A stretch of DNA of 64,000 nt, taken from Lysobacterales bacterium (lineage in GTDB: Bacteria; Pseudomonadota; Gammaproteobacteria; Xanthomonadales; Ahniellaceae). The notes below the pieces were generated by a model. That model was not told the origin of the DNA and made no database searches. It saw only the letters and a program-made list of their open reading frames with translations. Where the stretch lies: NCBI GenBank assembly GCA_038330365.1, contig JBBQNY010000001.1, forward strand, positions 3,665-67,664, read 5' to 3'. A program made the position numbers and the translations under genes. Below are positions 37,026 through 46,159 of the stretch, one piece after another (within the stretch, counting starts at the first letter, position 1; each line of letters begins with the position of its first letter).

Positions 37026-38699
37026 ATGACCGAGAGTTTTGCTGAACTGTTCGAACAGAGCGAGTCGATCTCCAAGCTGAAGCCGGGCGCCATTGTGCTC
37101 GGCACCATCGTCGAGATCCGCTCCGATGTCGTCGTGATCAACGCCGGACTCAAGTCCGAAGGCATCGTTCCCATCGAGCAGTTCCGGGAAGAGGATGGAG
37201 AACTTCGGATCGCCGTCGGCGACCAGATCAAGGTAGCGCTCGACGCCATCGAGAACGGCTTCGGCGAGACAGTGCTCTCGCGCGAGAAGGCCATGCGTTC
37301 CATGGTCTGGGACGACCTCGAAGAGGCGTTCGAGAAGCAGTCCACCATTACCGGCCGCATCTCGGGCAAGGTCAAGGGTGGCTTCACCGTCGACATCCGC
37401 GACGTACGCGCGTTCCTGCCGGGTTCCCTGGTGGACGTGCGTCCGGTGCGCGATCCGGTGTACCTGGAGGGCAAGGAACTCGAGTTCAAGATCCTCAAGC
37501 TCGATCGCAAGCGCAACAACGTGGTGGTTTCGCGCCGCGCGGTCGTCGAGAGCGAGTTCAGTGAGGAGCGCGAGAAGCTGCTCGAGCGCCTGACGGAGAA
37601 TTCCGTGATCAAGGGCGTGGTCAAGAACCTCACCGATTACGGCGCGTTCGTCGACCTCGGTGGCATCGACGGTCTGCTGCACATCACCGACATGGCGTGG
37701 AAGCGCGTGCGCCATCCGTCTGAAGTCGTGAACGTGGGCGACGAACTCGACGTGCGTGTGTTGCGCTTCGATCGTGAGCGCAATCGCGTGTCCCTCGGTC
37801 TCAAGCAGCTGGGCGAAGATCCGTGGGTCAATATCTCGCGTCGCTACCCGACGGGTACGCGCGTGTTCGGCAAGGTTTCCAACGTCACCGATTACGGCTG
37901 TTTCGTCGAAATCGAACCGGGCGTCGAAGGCCTCGTGCACGTCTCCGAAATGGACTGGACCAACAAGAACGTCAATCCGGCCAAGGTGGTCCAGGTCGGC
38001 GATGACGTCGAGGTCATGGTGCTGGATGTGGACGAGGAGCGTCGCCGCATCTCGCTCGGCATCAAGCAGACCCGCTCGAATCCGTGGGAAGCCTTTGCGG
38101 CGATCCACAAGAAGGGCGACAAGGTTTCCGGTCAGATCAAGTCGATCACCGACTTCGGTATTTTCATCGGTCTCGACGGCGGCATCGATGGTCTCGTACA
38201 CCTGTCGGACATCTCGTGGCAGGGCACGGGTGAGGATCTGGTCCGCAACTTCAAGAAGGGCGATGACCTCGAGGCCGTGGTGCTGGCGGTCGACCCGGAG
38301 CGCGAGCGCATTTCGCTCGGCGTGAAGCAGATGGAGCAGGATCCGTTCGGTCAGTTCATGGCGGCCAACCCGCGCGGCACGATCCTCACCGGTACGGTGC
38401 GGGAAGTCGACGCCAAGGGCGCCACCATCGACATCAGCGAGGGTGTCGAGGGTTACCTGCGCGCGTCTGACATCTCCAAGGAGCGGGTCGACGACGCCAC
38501 GCAGCACCTGAAGGTGGGCGACAGCGTGGAAGCCAAGTTCATGGGCATGGATCGCAAGGGCCGCAGTCTGCAGCTGTCGATCCGCGGCAAGGACGAAGCC
38601 GACGTCGCCGACACGCTTTCGGATTACCAGTCGGCATCGGGCGGCACTACCAAGCTGGGCGCGCTACTCAAGGAACAGCTCGACAACCGCGGCGAATAA
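37026..38699 (+). CDS. rpsA: 30S ribosomal protein S1
   Basis: 557 aa with six S1 repeats: [12 protein letters not shown]... and a repeated GxVxxxxxFGAFVxL pattern. Confidence 0.98.
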   Translation: MTESFAELFEQSESISKLKPGAIVLGTIVEIRSDVVVINAGLKSEGIVPIEQFREEDGELRIAVGDQIKVALDAIENGFGETVLSREKAMRSMVWDDLEEAFEKQSTITGRISGKVKGGFTVDIRDVRAFLPGSLVDVRPVRDPVYLEGKELEFKILKLDRKRNNVVVSRRAVVESEFSEEREKLLERLTENSVIKGVVKNLTDYGAFVDLGGIDGLLHITDMAWKRVRHPSEVVNVGDELDVRVLRFDRERNRVSLGLKQLGEDPWVNISRRYPTGTRVFGKVSNVTDYGCFVEIEPGVEGLVHVSEMDWTNKNVNPAKVVQVGDDVEVMVLDVDEERRRISLGIKQTRSNPWEAFAAIHKKGDKVSGQIKSITDFGIFIGLDGGIDGLVHLSDISWQGTGEDLVRNFKKGDDLEAVVLAVDPERERISLGVKQMEQDPFGQFMAANPRGTILTGTVREVDAKGATIDISEGVEGYLRASDISKERVDDATQHLKVGDSVEAKFMGMDRKGRSLQLSIRGKDEADVADTLSDYQSASGGTTKLGALLKEQLDNRGE

Positions 38700-38750
38700 T
38701 GCAATGCACGCGGAGGGAGAACGACACGTTCCCCTCCGTGTGCATGCATT
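38698..38750 (+). terminator. long imperfect stem-loop immediately after the rpsA stop
   Basis: AATGCAATGCACGCGGAGGG...CCCTCCGTGTGCATGCATT with an inner GAACG-aca-CGTTC stem. It is followed by GTTCGG, not a clean U-run, so it is either an attenuating terminator or a processing structure between rpsA and ihfB. Confidence 0.4.
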
Positions 38751-38789
38751 GTTCGGTGCGCTTTCCGGGCGTTTCCTGATCCGTCTGCA

Positions 38790-39086
38790 ATGACCAAATC
38801 CGATCTCATCCATGCGCTGGCTCTGCGCCAGACGCACCTTGCCTTCGGCGATGTGGAAATGGCGGTGCGCGAAGTGCTGGAGCAGGTCAGCTCCTCGCTC
38901 GCGAATGGCGAACGCATCGAGATCCGTGGATTCGGAAGTTTTTCCCTGCATTTCCGTCCGGCGCGAATCGGCCGCAATCCGAAGACGGGCGCGTCGGTTG
39001 CCTTGCCGGGAAAGCACGTTCCGCACTTCAAACCCGGCAAGGAATTGCGCGATCGCGTCAACGGGCGCGCGACCAGCATCCGCTGA
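38790..39086 (+). CDS. ihfB: integration host factor subunit beta
   Basis: [10 protein letters not shown]...[46 protein letters not shown]. Confidence 0.97.
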   Translation: MTKSDLIHALALRQTHLAFGDVEMAVREVLEQVSSSLANGERIEIRGFGSFSLHFRPARIGRNPKTGASVALPGKHVPHFKPGKELRDRVNGRATSIR

Positions 39087-39449
39087 AGCACACCCGTTGC
39101 GGCTGCATCTTTTCGATTTTCCTCGCGTGGGAAACGGTGTCCGACGGGCGGATGAGTCGCCACCCACACGCCTTGTCGACAGGTGCTGCTTCGCGTACCG
39201 GAGATCGATGACGATCCCACATCTCCACCCGAGCCTATCCCGGGGCATCGCCGGTGATGCCGGGCACTTGCATCCACTCTTCTGCCTGTTCCAGGGCACG
39301 CAGGCCTCCAACGTGAGCCGGGGCATTCCTGATACCTGTCCGCAGAGCGGACTTCGTGTTGTCGAAATGCCCGGGTTAGACTTGCGTGCCCGTCCGCCGG
39401 TTGCCTGCACTCGCGCGGACGCGGATCCCCTTGCCATCGCTGCTGGCTG

Positions 39450-40625
39450 ATGACCTTCGATCTGGCGCTCTTCTGGTTGCTGCTGCCGCTCGCCGCCGCC
39501 AGCGGCTGGTGGATAGCGCGTCGCGAACACGCGAACCAGAGCGGCGCCGAGGTGAAGGCGCTGCGCAGCAACTATTTCCGCGGGCTGAACTATCTGCTGA
39601 CCGAGCAGCAGGACAAGGCGCTCGAAGTATTTCTCGGCATGGCCGAGTCCGATGTGGGCACCGTGGAAACGCAGCTGGCACTCGGCAGCCTGTTCCGGCG
39701 CAGGGGTGAGGTCGATCGCGCCATCCGGCTGCACCAGAACCTCGTGGCCCGGGTCGAACTCGACGACGAGCAGAAGACACAGGCAATGGTTGCATTGGGT
39801 GAGGACTACATGCGGGCTGGATTGCTCGATCGTGCGGAAGCGATTTTCTCCGATGTGGTGGGAGCCGCTGCCGACACCCCGGCCGCGCTACGGCAGCTGT
39901 TGACGATCTACCAGCAGGAGCGCGACTGGCCCAAGGCGATCGAGCAGGCGGAGCGCCTGCAGCAATCCACCGGCGACTCCCAGCGCCAACTCATCGCCCA
40001 GCTCAAGTGCGAGATGGTCGAGCAGTTCCGCGCCAGCGCCAATTCCGAACAGGGCGATCGGCTGCTGGACGACGCCTTGCGCATTGACCCTGCCTGCGTC
40101 CGCGCCTGGTTGCTGCGCGGCGAGTCCGCACGCCGCAAGGGTCGGCACGAGGACGCACTGGCGGCGTACCTGAAAGCGGTGGAACTCGATGCCCAGATCG
40201 TGCCCGAAGCCCTCGACCCGATCATCGCCTCGTTGGACGCGCTGGCAGATCCGGCGCGCAAGCTGCGCTGCCTGGAGCAGCTTTCCGCCCAGTACGACGG
40301 CATCTCGCCGGTGCTGGCGCTGGTCGAGTTGCTACATCGCCAGCACGGAATCGAGGTTGCGATCGACCGGCTGATGGCAGCGCTTCGCATACGTCCATCG
40401 GTTCGCGGGCTGCTGATGCTGACAGACCTTCTGGGAACCCAGGGCGAGGCGCAGTCAGCGCAGCAGCTCAAGCTGGTGAGCGACGTGGCTCAGGCGATGA
40501 TCAGCGGTCGCAGCAACTATCGCTGCACGCGCTGTGGTTTCAGTTCCCGCCAGTTGCACTGGCTGTGTCCCGGCTGCCGCAGCTGGGGAAGTGCGCGGCC
40601 CATTCACGGCGTGACGGGCGACTGA
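39450..40625 (+). CDS. lapB: lipopolysaccharide assembly protein LapB (YciM)
   Basis: N-terminal TM, TPR repeats and a C-terminal rubredoxin-like YRCTRCGFSSRQLHWLCPGCRSWGS. Confidence 0.9.
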   Translation: MTFDLALFWLLLPLAAASGWWIARREHANQSGAEVKALRSNYFRGLNYLLTEQQDKALEVFLGMAESDVGTVETQLALGSLFRRRGEVDRAIRLHQNLVARVELDDEQKTQAMVALGEDYMRAGLLDRAEAIFSDVVGAAADTPAALRQLLTIYQQERDWPKAIEQAERLQQSTGDSQRQLIAQLKCEMVEQFRASANSEQGDRLLDDALRIDPACVRAWLLRGESARRKGRHEDALAAYLKAVELDAQIVPEALDPIIASLDALADPARKLRCLEQLSAQYDGISPVLALVELLHRQHGIEVAIDRLMAALRIRPSVRGLLMLTDLLGTQGEAQSAQQLKLVSDVAQAMISGRSNYRCTRCGFSSRQLHWLCPGCRSWGSARPIHGVTGD

Positions 40626-40630
40626 GCGCT

Positions 40631-41674
40631 GTGGCGGCCGGTGCATTGATGCTGGGGCTGATCTGCGTGGGCGCAGCACTACTGGGTTTCGCCGGGACCG
40701 GTCTCGTGATCGCGCGCGCGCGGCACGGCGCATGGCTGGATCAGCCCGGGCCCGATCGCATGCATTCGAGTCCAGTGCCACGGGGCGGCGGCGTGGGCTT
40801 TGTGCTGGGCTGGCTGCTGTTGGGGTTGCTGCCCGCCATCGTCGTCGTACAGGCGGGCGCGGGACACATCGCCGCAGCCTGGCAAGCAGCGGGTCTCGTG
40901 CTGGTGGCGACGGTGGGCTGGGCAGATGATCACAGCGGACTGCCGGTATGGCCCCGCCTGCTGGCGCATGGATTGGCCGGAGTCTGCGTGGCTGTCGCCT
41001 GGCACGGGGGCATCACCGAGCCCACGCAGCCGGCGTGGATCGCAACGGCCTTCGTGCTGGTCGCCGTGAGCACGGTGGCTTCCATCAATCTGCACAATTT
41101 CTTCGATGGCGCGGACGGGCTGTTGGCCCTGCACGCATTGGTGGTGATGATCGTGCTGGCATTTCTGGCTTGGCACGTCGACCATGCCGCGCTCGCGATT
41201 TCGTGTGCTGCGCTCGCGGCTGGTATCGCGGGCTTCCTGCCACGCAATATTGCTCCGGCCCGCGTGTTCATGGGCGATGTCGGTAGCGGCGTCATCGGCT
41301 TCGCCATCGCCGCGTCCTCGGTTGTCGCGTTGCGCGATGGCGTGCTCACTTTGCCGCAGATCCTGATACTCCTCTCGGGCGCGTTGCTCGATACCGTTCC
41401 CACGCTGCTGCGGCGCGTGGTGCGGGGAGAGCGGTTCTGGTTGCGGCATCGCGAACACCTGTACCAGTGGCTGCTGCATTCGGGCTGGTCGCATGGACGC
41501 ACCGCCACCGCGTGGCTGTGCTGGAACCTGTTGGTGGCGCTGCCCGCGCTCTCGGTTGCCCGCAGCTGGCCTGCTGCCGACTGGCTGGTAGCGACGATCG
41601 TCTATGCTTTCGGAATGTCGCTCTGGATACTCCTCAAGCGCCGATTGGGCCCGATCTCGGGGGCGGCAGCATGA
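40631..41674 (+). CDS. polyprenyl-phosphate N-acetylhexosamine-1-phosphate transferase (WecA/WbpL/MraY family)
   Basis: Polytopic membrane protein with NLHNFFDGADGL and VFMGDVGS motifs. Start at GTG 40631, just after the lapB stop, or ATG 40649. The track start 40565 overlaps lapB. Confidence 0.82.
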   Translation: MAAGALMLGLICVGAALLGFAGTGLVIARARHGAWLDQPGPDRMHSSPVPRGGGVGFVLGWLLLGLLPAIVVVQAGAGHIAAAWQAAGLVLVATVGWADDHSGLPVWPRLLAHGLAGVCVAVAWHGGITEPTQPAWIATAFVLVAVSTVASINLHNFFDGADGLLALHALVVMIVLAFLAWHVDHAALAISCAALAAGIAGFLPRNIAPARVFMGDVGSGVIGFAIAASSVVALRDGVLTLPQILILLSGALLDTVPTLLRRVVRGERFWLRHREHLYQWLLHSGWSHGRTATAWLCWNLLVALPALSVARSWPAADWLVATIVYAFGMSLWILLKRRLGPISGAAA

Positions 41675-43560
41675 GGTCGGTACTGCGGCGCGTGTTGGGC
41701 GCGGTGCATCCGCGTGCCGCCGTGGTGCTGCACGATCTCGGCATGGTTGGCCTTGCCTGGTTTCTGGCCAACTGGTTGCCCTGGAACCTGCGGCCCGAAC
41801 CCATCATCGTGCTGCCCGTCAGCATCAACGCGTTGCTGGTGATCGCCGTGCAGGGGGCCGTGCTGTGGTGGACCGGTCTGTATCGGGGCCTGTGGCGATT
41901 CGCGAGTCTGCCTGATCTGTGGAATATCGCCCGCGCAGCTGTTATCGGCACGCTCGCCATCACGATGGTGCTGTTCCTGTATGCGCGCCTCGAGCATGTT
42001 CCGCGCTGGAGCCTCTTCATCTACCCCCTGGCTTTGACCGTGGTGCTGGGCGCTCCTCGTCTCCTGTACCGCTACTGGAAGGACGGTCGCGCCGATGCCG
42101 AACGCGTCAATCCGCAGCTGCGGGTGCTGGTAATCGGCGCCGGCCGCGCAGGCGACGCTCTGGTGCGTGACCTCAAGCGCGAGTCCCGGTTTCTCCCCGT
42201 TGGATTCCTCGACGACGACGAGGCACTGCGTGGTGCCCGCGTGCAGGGTCTGCCGGTGCTGGGACGTGTGACGCAGCTGCAGCAGATCGCTGAACAGGTG
42301 GCGGCGCAGATGCTGGTCATCGCAATGCCGAGCGCTAGTTCGCGTGAGATGCGCGCCGTGGTCGAGGCCTGCGAAGAGGCCGCACTGCCGTTCCGGACCC
42401 TGCCGCGAATCGAGGATGTCATCGCCGGTCGCTCGGCCGTCAACGAATTGAAAGAGGTCGCGATCGAGGATCTGCTCGGCCGGCGCCAGGTGACGCTCGA
42501 CTGGGAAGCGATTCGTTCCGTGGTGGCGGGTCACCGTCTGGTCGTGACCGGCGGTGGTGGATCGATCGGGGCCGAACTCTGTCGCCAGATCGCAAGGCTG
42601 GGTGTTGCGTCCCTGATCGTGCTCGATCTTTCCGAGTTCAACCTGTACTCGATCGAGCAGGAGCTCAGGCGCGAGTTTCCGGATCTGCTGCTGCATTGCC
42701 ACCTCGGTGACTGCGGCGACGTTGCGACCGTGGGCACCCTGCTGCGTCGTCATAGACCGCATGCGGTGTTCCACGCCGCGGCGTTCAAGCATGTACCGAT
42801 GCTGGAGGGTCAGTTGCGCGAGGCCATGCGCAACAACCTCATGGCCACCGCAACGCTCGCGCTTGCTTGCGACGAGGCGGGCGTCGAAAGCTTTGTGCTG
42901 ATCTCCACCGACAAGGCGGTCAATCCGACCAATGTCATGGGCGCCACCAAACGCGCGGCCGAAATCGTCTGCCAGAGCCTCGCCGAGCGCTCGCAAACCC
43001 GGTTCACCACCGTGCGCTTCGGCAATGTGCTCGATTCCGCCGGCAGCGTAGTGCCGCTATTCCGCGAACAGATCCGCCAGGGTGGCCCGGTGACCGTGAC
43101 CCATCCCGAGATCACGCGCTATTTCATGACGATCCCCGAGGCCTGCCAGCTGATTCTGCAGGCGGCGGTGCTGGGATCGGGCGGCGAGGTCTTCGCGCTG
43201 GACATGGGCGAGCCGGTGCAGATCCGTTATCTCGCCGAGCAGATGATCCGGCTGGCGGACAAGGTGCCGGATCGCGACATCGACATCGTGTACACCGGCT
43301 TGCGGGCGGGCGAAAAGCTGTTCGAAGAAATTTTTCACGAGCAGGAGGTCTACGCCGCGACCGCGCATTCCAAGATTCTGCTGGCGGGTCCGCGAACGCT
43401 GGAATGGAACCGGGTCAACGGCATGCTGCGCAAGGTCGAAGCGGCAGTGCGCGTGTTCGACGAGCCGGCCCTGGCCGGCATGCTCAGTGAGTGGGTGCCC
43501 GAGCTCACGCTCGATCCGCAACGCGGTGTCGTACGTCTTGCCAGCGAACCTGCCGCCTGA
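41671..43560 (+). CDS. membrane-bound nucleotide-sugar 4,6-dehydratase (WbpM/CapD/PglF family)
   Basis: The ATG at 41671 overlaps the upstream stop (ATGA). Four N-terminal TM helices, then VLVIGAGRAG and VVTGGGGSIGAEL Rossmann motifs, then STDKAVNPTNVMGATKR. Confidence 0.9.
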   Translation: MRSVLRRVLGAVHPRAAVVLHDLGMVGLAWFLANWLPWNLRPEPIIVLPVSINALLVIAVQGAVLWWTGLYRGLWRFASLPDLWNIARAAVIGTLAITMVLFLYARLEHVPRWSLFIYPLALTVVLGAPRLLYRYWKDGRADAERVNPQLRVLVIGAGRAGDALVRDLKRESRFLPVGFLDDDEALRGARVQGLPVLGRVTQLQQIAEQVAAQMLVIAMPSASSREMRAVVEACEEAALPFRTLPRIEDVIAGRSAVNELKEVAIEDLLGRRQVTLDWEAIRSVVAGHRLVVTGGGGSIGAELCRQIARLGVASLIVLDLSEFNLYSIEQELRREFPDLLLHCHLGDCGDVATVGTLLRRHRPHAVFHAAAFKHVPMLEGQLREAMRNNLMATATLALACDEAGVESFVLISTDKAVNPTNVMGATKRAAEIVCQSLAERSQTRFTTVRFGNVLDSAGSVVPLFREQIRQGGPVTVTHPEITRYFMTIPEACQLILQAAVLGSGGEVFALDMGEPVQIRYLAEQMIRLADKVPDRDIDIVYTGLRAGEKLFEEIFHEQEVYAATAHSKILLAGPRTLEWNRVNGMLRKVEAAVRVFDEPALAGMLSEWVPELTLDPQRGVVRLASEPAA

Positions 43561-43612
43561 ATTTTCAGCACCGGCGGCGCCCCGATACTTGGTTTCCAGC
43601 ACAGGATCATCC

Positions 43613-44503
43613 ATGCGATTGCGTAAAGCGGTTTTTCCGGTGGCCGGTCTCGGCACGCGACTTCTTCCCGCCACCAAGGTGCTGGCGAAGGAAATGCTGC
43701 CCATCATCGACACGCCGCTCATCCAGTTCGCGGTCGACGAGGCGGTGGCCGCAGGATGCGACACGCTGGTGTTCGTGACCAATCGCTACAAGCACGCGAT
43801 CGCGGATTACTTCGATCGCTCGTTTGAACTCGAACATGGGCTGCTCAAGGCCGGCAAAAACGCCCAGGTGGATGCGCTGAGACGAATCCTGCCCGCGCAC
43901 GTGCGTTGTGTTTTCGTGACTCAGCGCGAGCCGCTTGGCCTCGGTCATGCCGTGCTGTGCGCGCGGCCCGTGATCGGCGACGAGCCCTTCGCGGTGATGC
44001 TGCCTGACGACCTCCTGTTTGGCCGCGCGCAGCCGGTGCTGGCGCAAATGGTGGCCGAGGCCACTCGACTGCAGGCCTCAGCCCTGGTCGCGGTGGAACG
44101 TGTTCCGCGCGAAGACGTCTCAAGATATGGCATCGCGGATGTGGAAGGGCAGGACGGTGCGTCCAGTCGCATGCGGCGCGTGGTGGAGAAGCCGGCGCCC
44201 GCCGACGCGCCGGGCGACCTTGCGATCGTCGGCCGCTACCTGTTCGAGCCTTCGATTTTTCCCCTGCTGGAGGCCACGGCGGCCGGAGTGGGCGGCGAGA
44301 TCCAGCTCACCGATGCGATTGCTGCGCTGATCCAGCAGTCGGACGTCTACGCGTATCGCTTCGACGGGGTGCGGCACGATTGCGGCAACCGTGCCGGGGT
44401 GGTGCAGGCGATGCTTGACGTGGCCATGCAGAGCGAGGACACGCGCGCAGCTGTCACAGCATTCTGCGCGGCACGCGGGGTGCAGTTGGGCAAGCGGGAC
44501 TGA
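43613..44503 (+). CDS. galU: UTP--glucose-1-phosphate uridylyltransferase
   Basis: The ATG at 43613 gives MRLRKAVFPVAGLGTRLLPATKVLAKEMLP, plus the VEKP motif. Confidence 0.93.
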   Translation: MRLRKAVFPVAGLGTRLLPATKVLAKEMLPIIDTPLIQFAVDEAVAAGCDTLVFVTNRYKHAIADYFDRSFELEHGLLKAGKNAQVDALRRILPAHVRCVFVTQREPLGLGHAVLCARPVIGDEPFAVMLPDDLLFGRAQPVLAQMVAEATRLQASALVAVERVPREDVSRYGIADVEGQDGASSRMRRVVEKPAPADAPGDLAIVGRYLFEPSIFPLLEATAAGVGGEIQLTDAIAALIQQSDVYAYRFDGVRHDCGNRAGVVQAMLDVAMQSEDTRAAVTAFCAARGVQLGKRD

Positions 44504-44529
44504 CTGCCGACGGGATCTCCCGTCGTCAG
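44504..44529. terminator. hairpin between convergent galU and a membrane-protein gene
   Basis: CTGCCGACGGGA-tc-TCCCGTCGTCAG (one mismatch) lies directly after the galU stop and overlaps the stop of the minus-strand gene. Confidence 0.35.
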
Positions 44530-45302
44530 AATTGGCGCCAGACCAGCGCGAAGGTGGCAACCAGCAGCGATACCGCGACGACGGAAAGCGCCATCGCAAA
44601 ATGGAGGAAGGCCGCGCCGCTGCGCTCGGCGTCGATGCCACGCAGCAGCGCGGGCGGACGCAGGTGCTGCGGCCGCCGCGGTGGAAACTCCCGATAGCGT
44701 CGCGTGCCGCGCCAGATCTGCAGCGCACTCCGGATCAGCAGAAGCGAAATCAACAGAGCAACTCCGCCCGCAAGCGCGAGCGCCTGCTGGCGACGGATGA
44801 GTGTGTAAGGGGCGAATGCGGAATTGGGATCCACATCGATCGCGTAGACCAGCATCACACTCCACAGACCAATGGCAAGAATGCCGGCCACCGCCACGCA
44901 GAAAAAATACGTGGAAGGACGCACATTGCGGCGCATGCGCTGGTAGATGGAGCTGTGGGAACGCACGCCGCGCGACGCGTCGCGCAGCAGCTGCTTCTGC
45001 GACGCGCGGGGGGTCGAACCGGTCCGGGCTGGGGCGGTACTGGCCGCCAGTACCGCGGAAGAATTCGCGGCCGCGATACCCGACTCTTCGAAGTACCGGT
45101 CGATCACATCCTCGAACAGCGATTCGGAGCTCGACGCGCGTGAGTCGGCGCCAGCAGGCGGTTGCCCGGCCGTGGACCGGGCGGAGCGTTCTCCAGCCAT
45201 CGTTGTTCGAGCCGAGCTGGATCCAGACTCGGACTCGGCCGTCGACTCGGGTTTACTGGAACTCGTCTCGGACTCCGTTCGCGGTTCTGCTGGATCGATC
45301 AA
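44526..45302 (-). CDS. hypothetical membrane protein with acidic Ser-rich N-terminal region
   Basis: The track start 45302 is TTG, with an alternative ATG at 45200. The N-terminal ~120 aa are low complexity (SETSSSKPESTAESESGSSS). About 4 hydrophobic helices follow. Confidence 0.6.
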   Translation of the reverse strand: MIDPAEPRTESETSSSKPESTAESESGSSSARTTMAGERSARSTAGQPPAGADSRASSSESLFEDVIDRYFEESGIAAANSSAVLAASTAPARTGSTPRASQKQLLRDASRGVRSHSSIYQRMRRNVRPSTYFFCVAVAGILAIGLWSVMLVYAIDVDPNSAFAPYTLIRRQQALALAGGVALLISLLLIRSALQIWRGTRRYREFPPRRPQHLRPPALLRGIDAERSGAAFLHFAMALSVVAVSLLVATFALVWRQF

Positions 45303-45441
45303 GGGCCCATTCCATAGTCACCGGCCACAAACGCCGATCCTGTCAGGATAACGCCTCCGGAATTTCCTGCCGTGCACGAGACTCTCTCGGGTCGACCCCA
45401 TTCATGTGCGGCACCTGAAGCCGCGTGAATGCAGGTGTGCG

Positions 45442-45470
45442 TTGACGTTGCTGGATGCATCACGTAACCT
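45442..45470 (+). promoter_or_regulatory. candidate sigma-70 promoter of the tRNA-Ala/tRNA-Glu operon
   Basis: TTGACG (45442-47), 17-nt spacer, TAACCT (45465-70). A GC-rich discriminator GCCGCG follows, and tRNA-Ala begins 19 nt after the -10. Confidence 0.5.
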
Positions 45471-45488
45471 GCCGCGTCTTTCCCGCGT

Positions 45489-45564
<76 letters not shown>

Positions 45565-45578
45565 CGCGTTTTACTTGG

Positions 45579-45654
45579 GTCCCCATCGTCTAGAGGCCTA
45601 GGACACAACCCTTTCACGGTTGCGACCGGGGTTCGAATCCCCGTGGGGACGCCA
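45579..45654 (+). tRNA. tRNA-Glu (anticodon UUC)
   Basis: 76 nt. GTCCCCA acceptor, anticodon loop CTTTCAC, T-arm CGGGGTTCGAATCCCCG, encoded CCA. It starts 14 nt after tRNA-Ala. Confidence 0.95.
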
Positions 45655-45662
45655 TCTTTTAT

Positions 45663-46085
45663 GTCTGGACGAGTCCATCCTGGACTCGCCAGACGTCGCT
45701 CGCTGCGGACGCGGTCCACAGCGGCTCCCGCTGCGCGGGCGGTGCATCCATGCACCGCAGCCCTCACGCTTCTTCGCCTGGTGTGGATTTCTCGGGCGCC
45801 GGGCATCCGTGCACCGCAGCGCTCACGCTTCTTCGCGAAATCCTCTTGCGCCCGCTTCAAGGTCGTCATCAGGTGTGTCTGGTTGCGCTCATCCTGGACT
45901 CGCCAGACGTCGCTCGCTGCGGACGTGGTCCACAGCGGTTCCCGCTGCGCGGGCGGTGCATCCCTGCACCGCAACCCTCACGCTTCTTCGCGAAATCCTC
46001 TTGCGCCCGCTTCAAGGGCGTCATCAGGCGTGTCTGGACGCACTCACCCTGGACTCGCCAGTCGTCGCACGCTGCGGATTCGTTG
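45663..46085 (+). repeat. tandem array of a ~155-bp unit (2 full copies plus 1 truncated; copy 1 has an internal partial duplication)
   Basis: Units begin with GTCTGG at 45663, 45877 and 46032. Copies 1 and 2 differ at about 9 of the first 115 nt. A 34-nt piece GCATCC(A/G)TGCACCGCAGC(C/G)CTCACGCTTCTTCGC occurs twice in copy 1. Each unit carries the palindrome GCGGTGCAT..ATGCACCGC (for example 45739-45758). Confidence 0.85.
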
Positions 46086-46159
46086 AAGCGGACGTGCCAG
46101 TGCTTTGGGTGGCATCCCGGGTGCTGTCACAATCGGGTTCCGTATCTCCAGGCGTAACC

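Noticed and set aside
39208-39450. 80-codon ORF ending exactly at the lapB ATG (possible lapA or leader peptide)
   Set aside because: It has no hydrophobic segments (LapA is a two-TM protein), its third-position G/C bias is noticeably weaker than in neighbouring genes, and it has no SD. It is kept only as part of the spacer observation.
45663-46085. Possible CRISPR array
   Set aside because: The repeats are ~155 bp and directly abutting, with no unique spacers. There are no cas genes in the window.
45620-46159. N-terminal 180-codon extension of dnaX in the ORF track (ORF 45620..47992), plus two other open frames across the same region
   Set aside because: The extension begins inside tRNA-Glu and runs through the tandem repeats. 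All three forward frames are open here simply because the repeat is GC-rich. The conserved DnaX N-terminus ([12 protein letters not shown]) starts at 46160.
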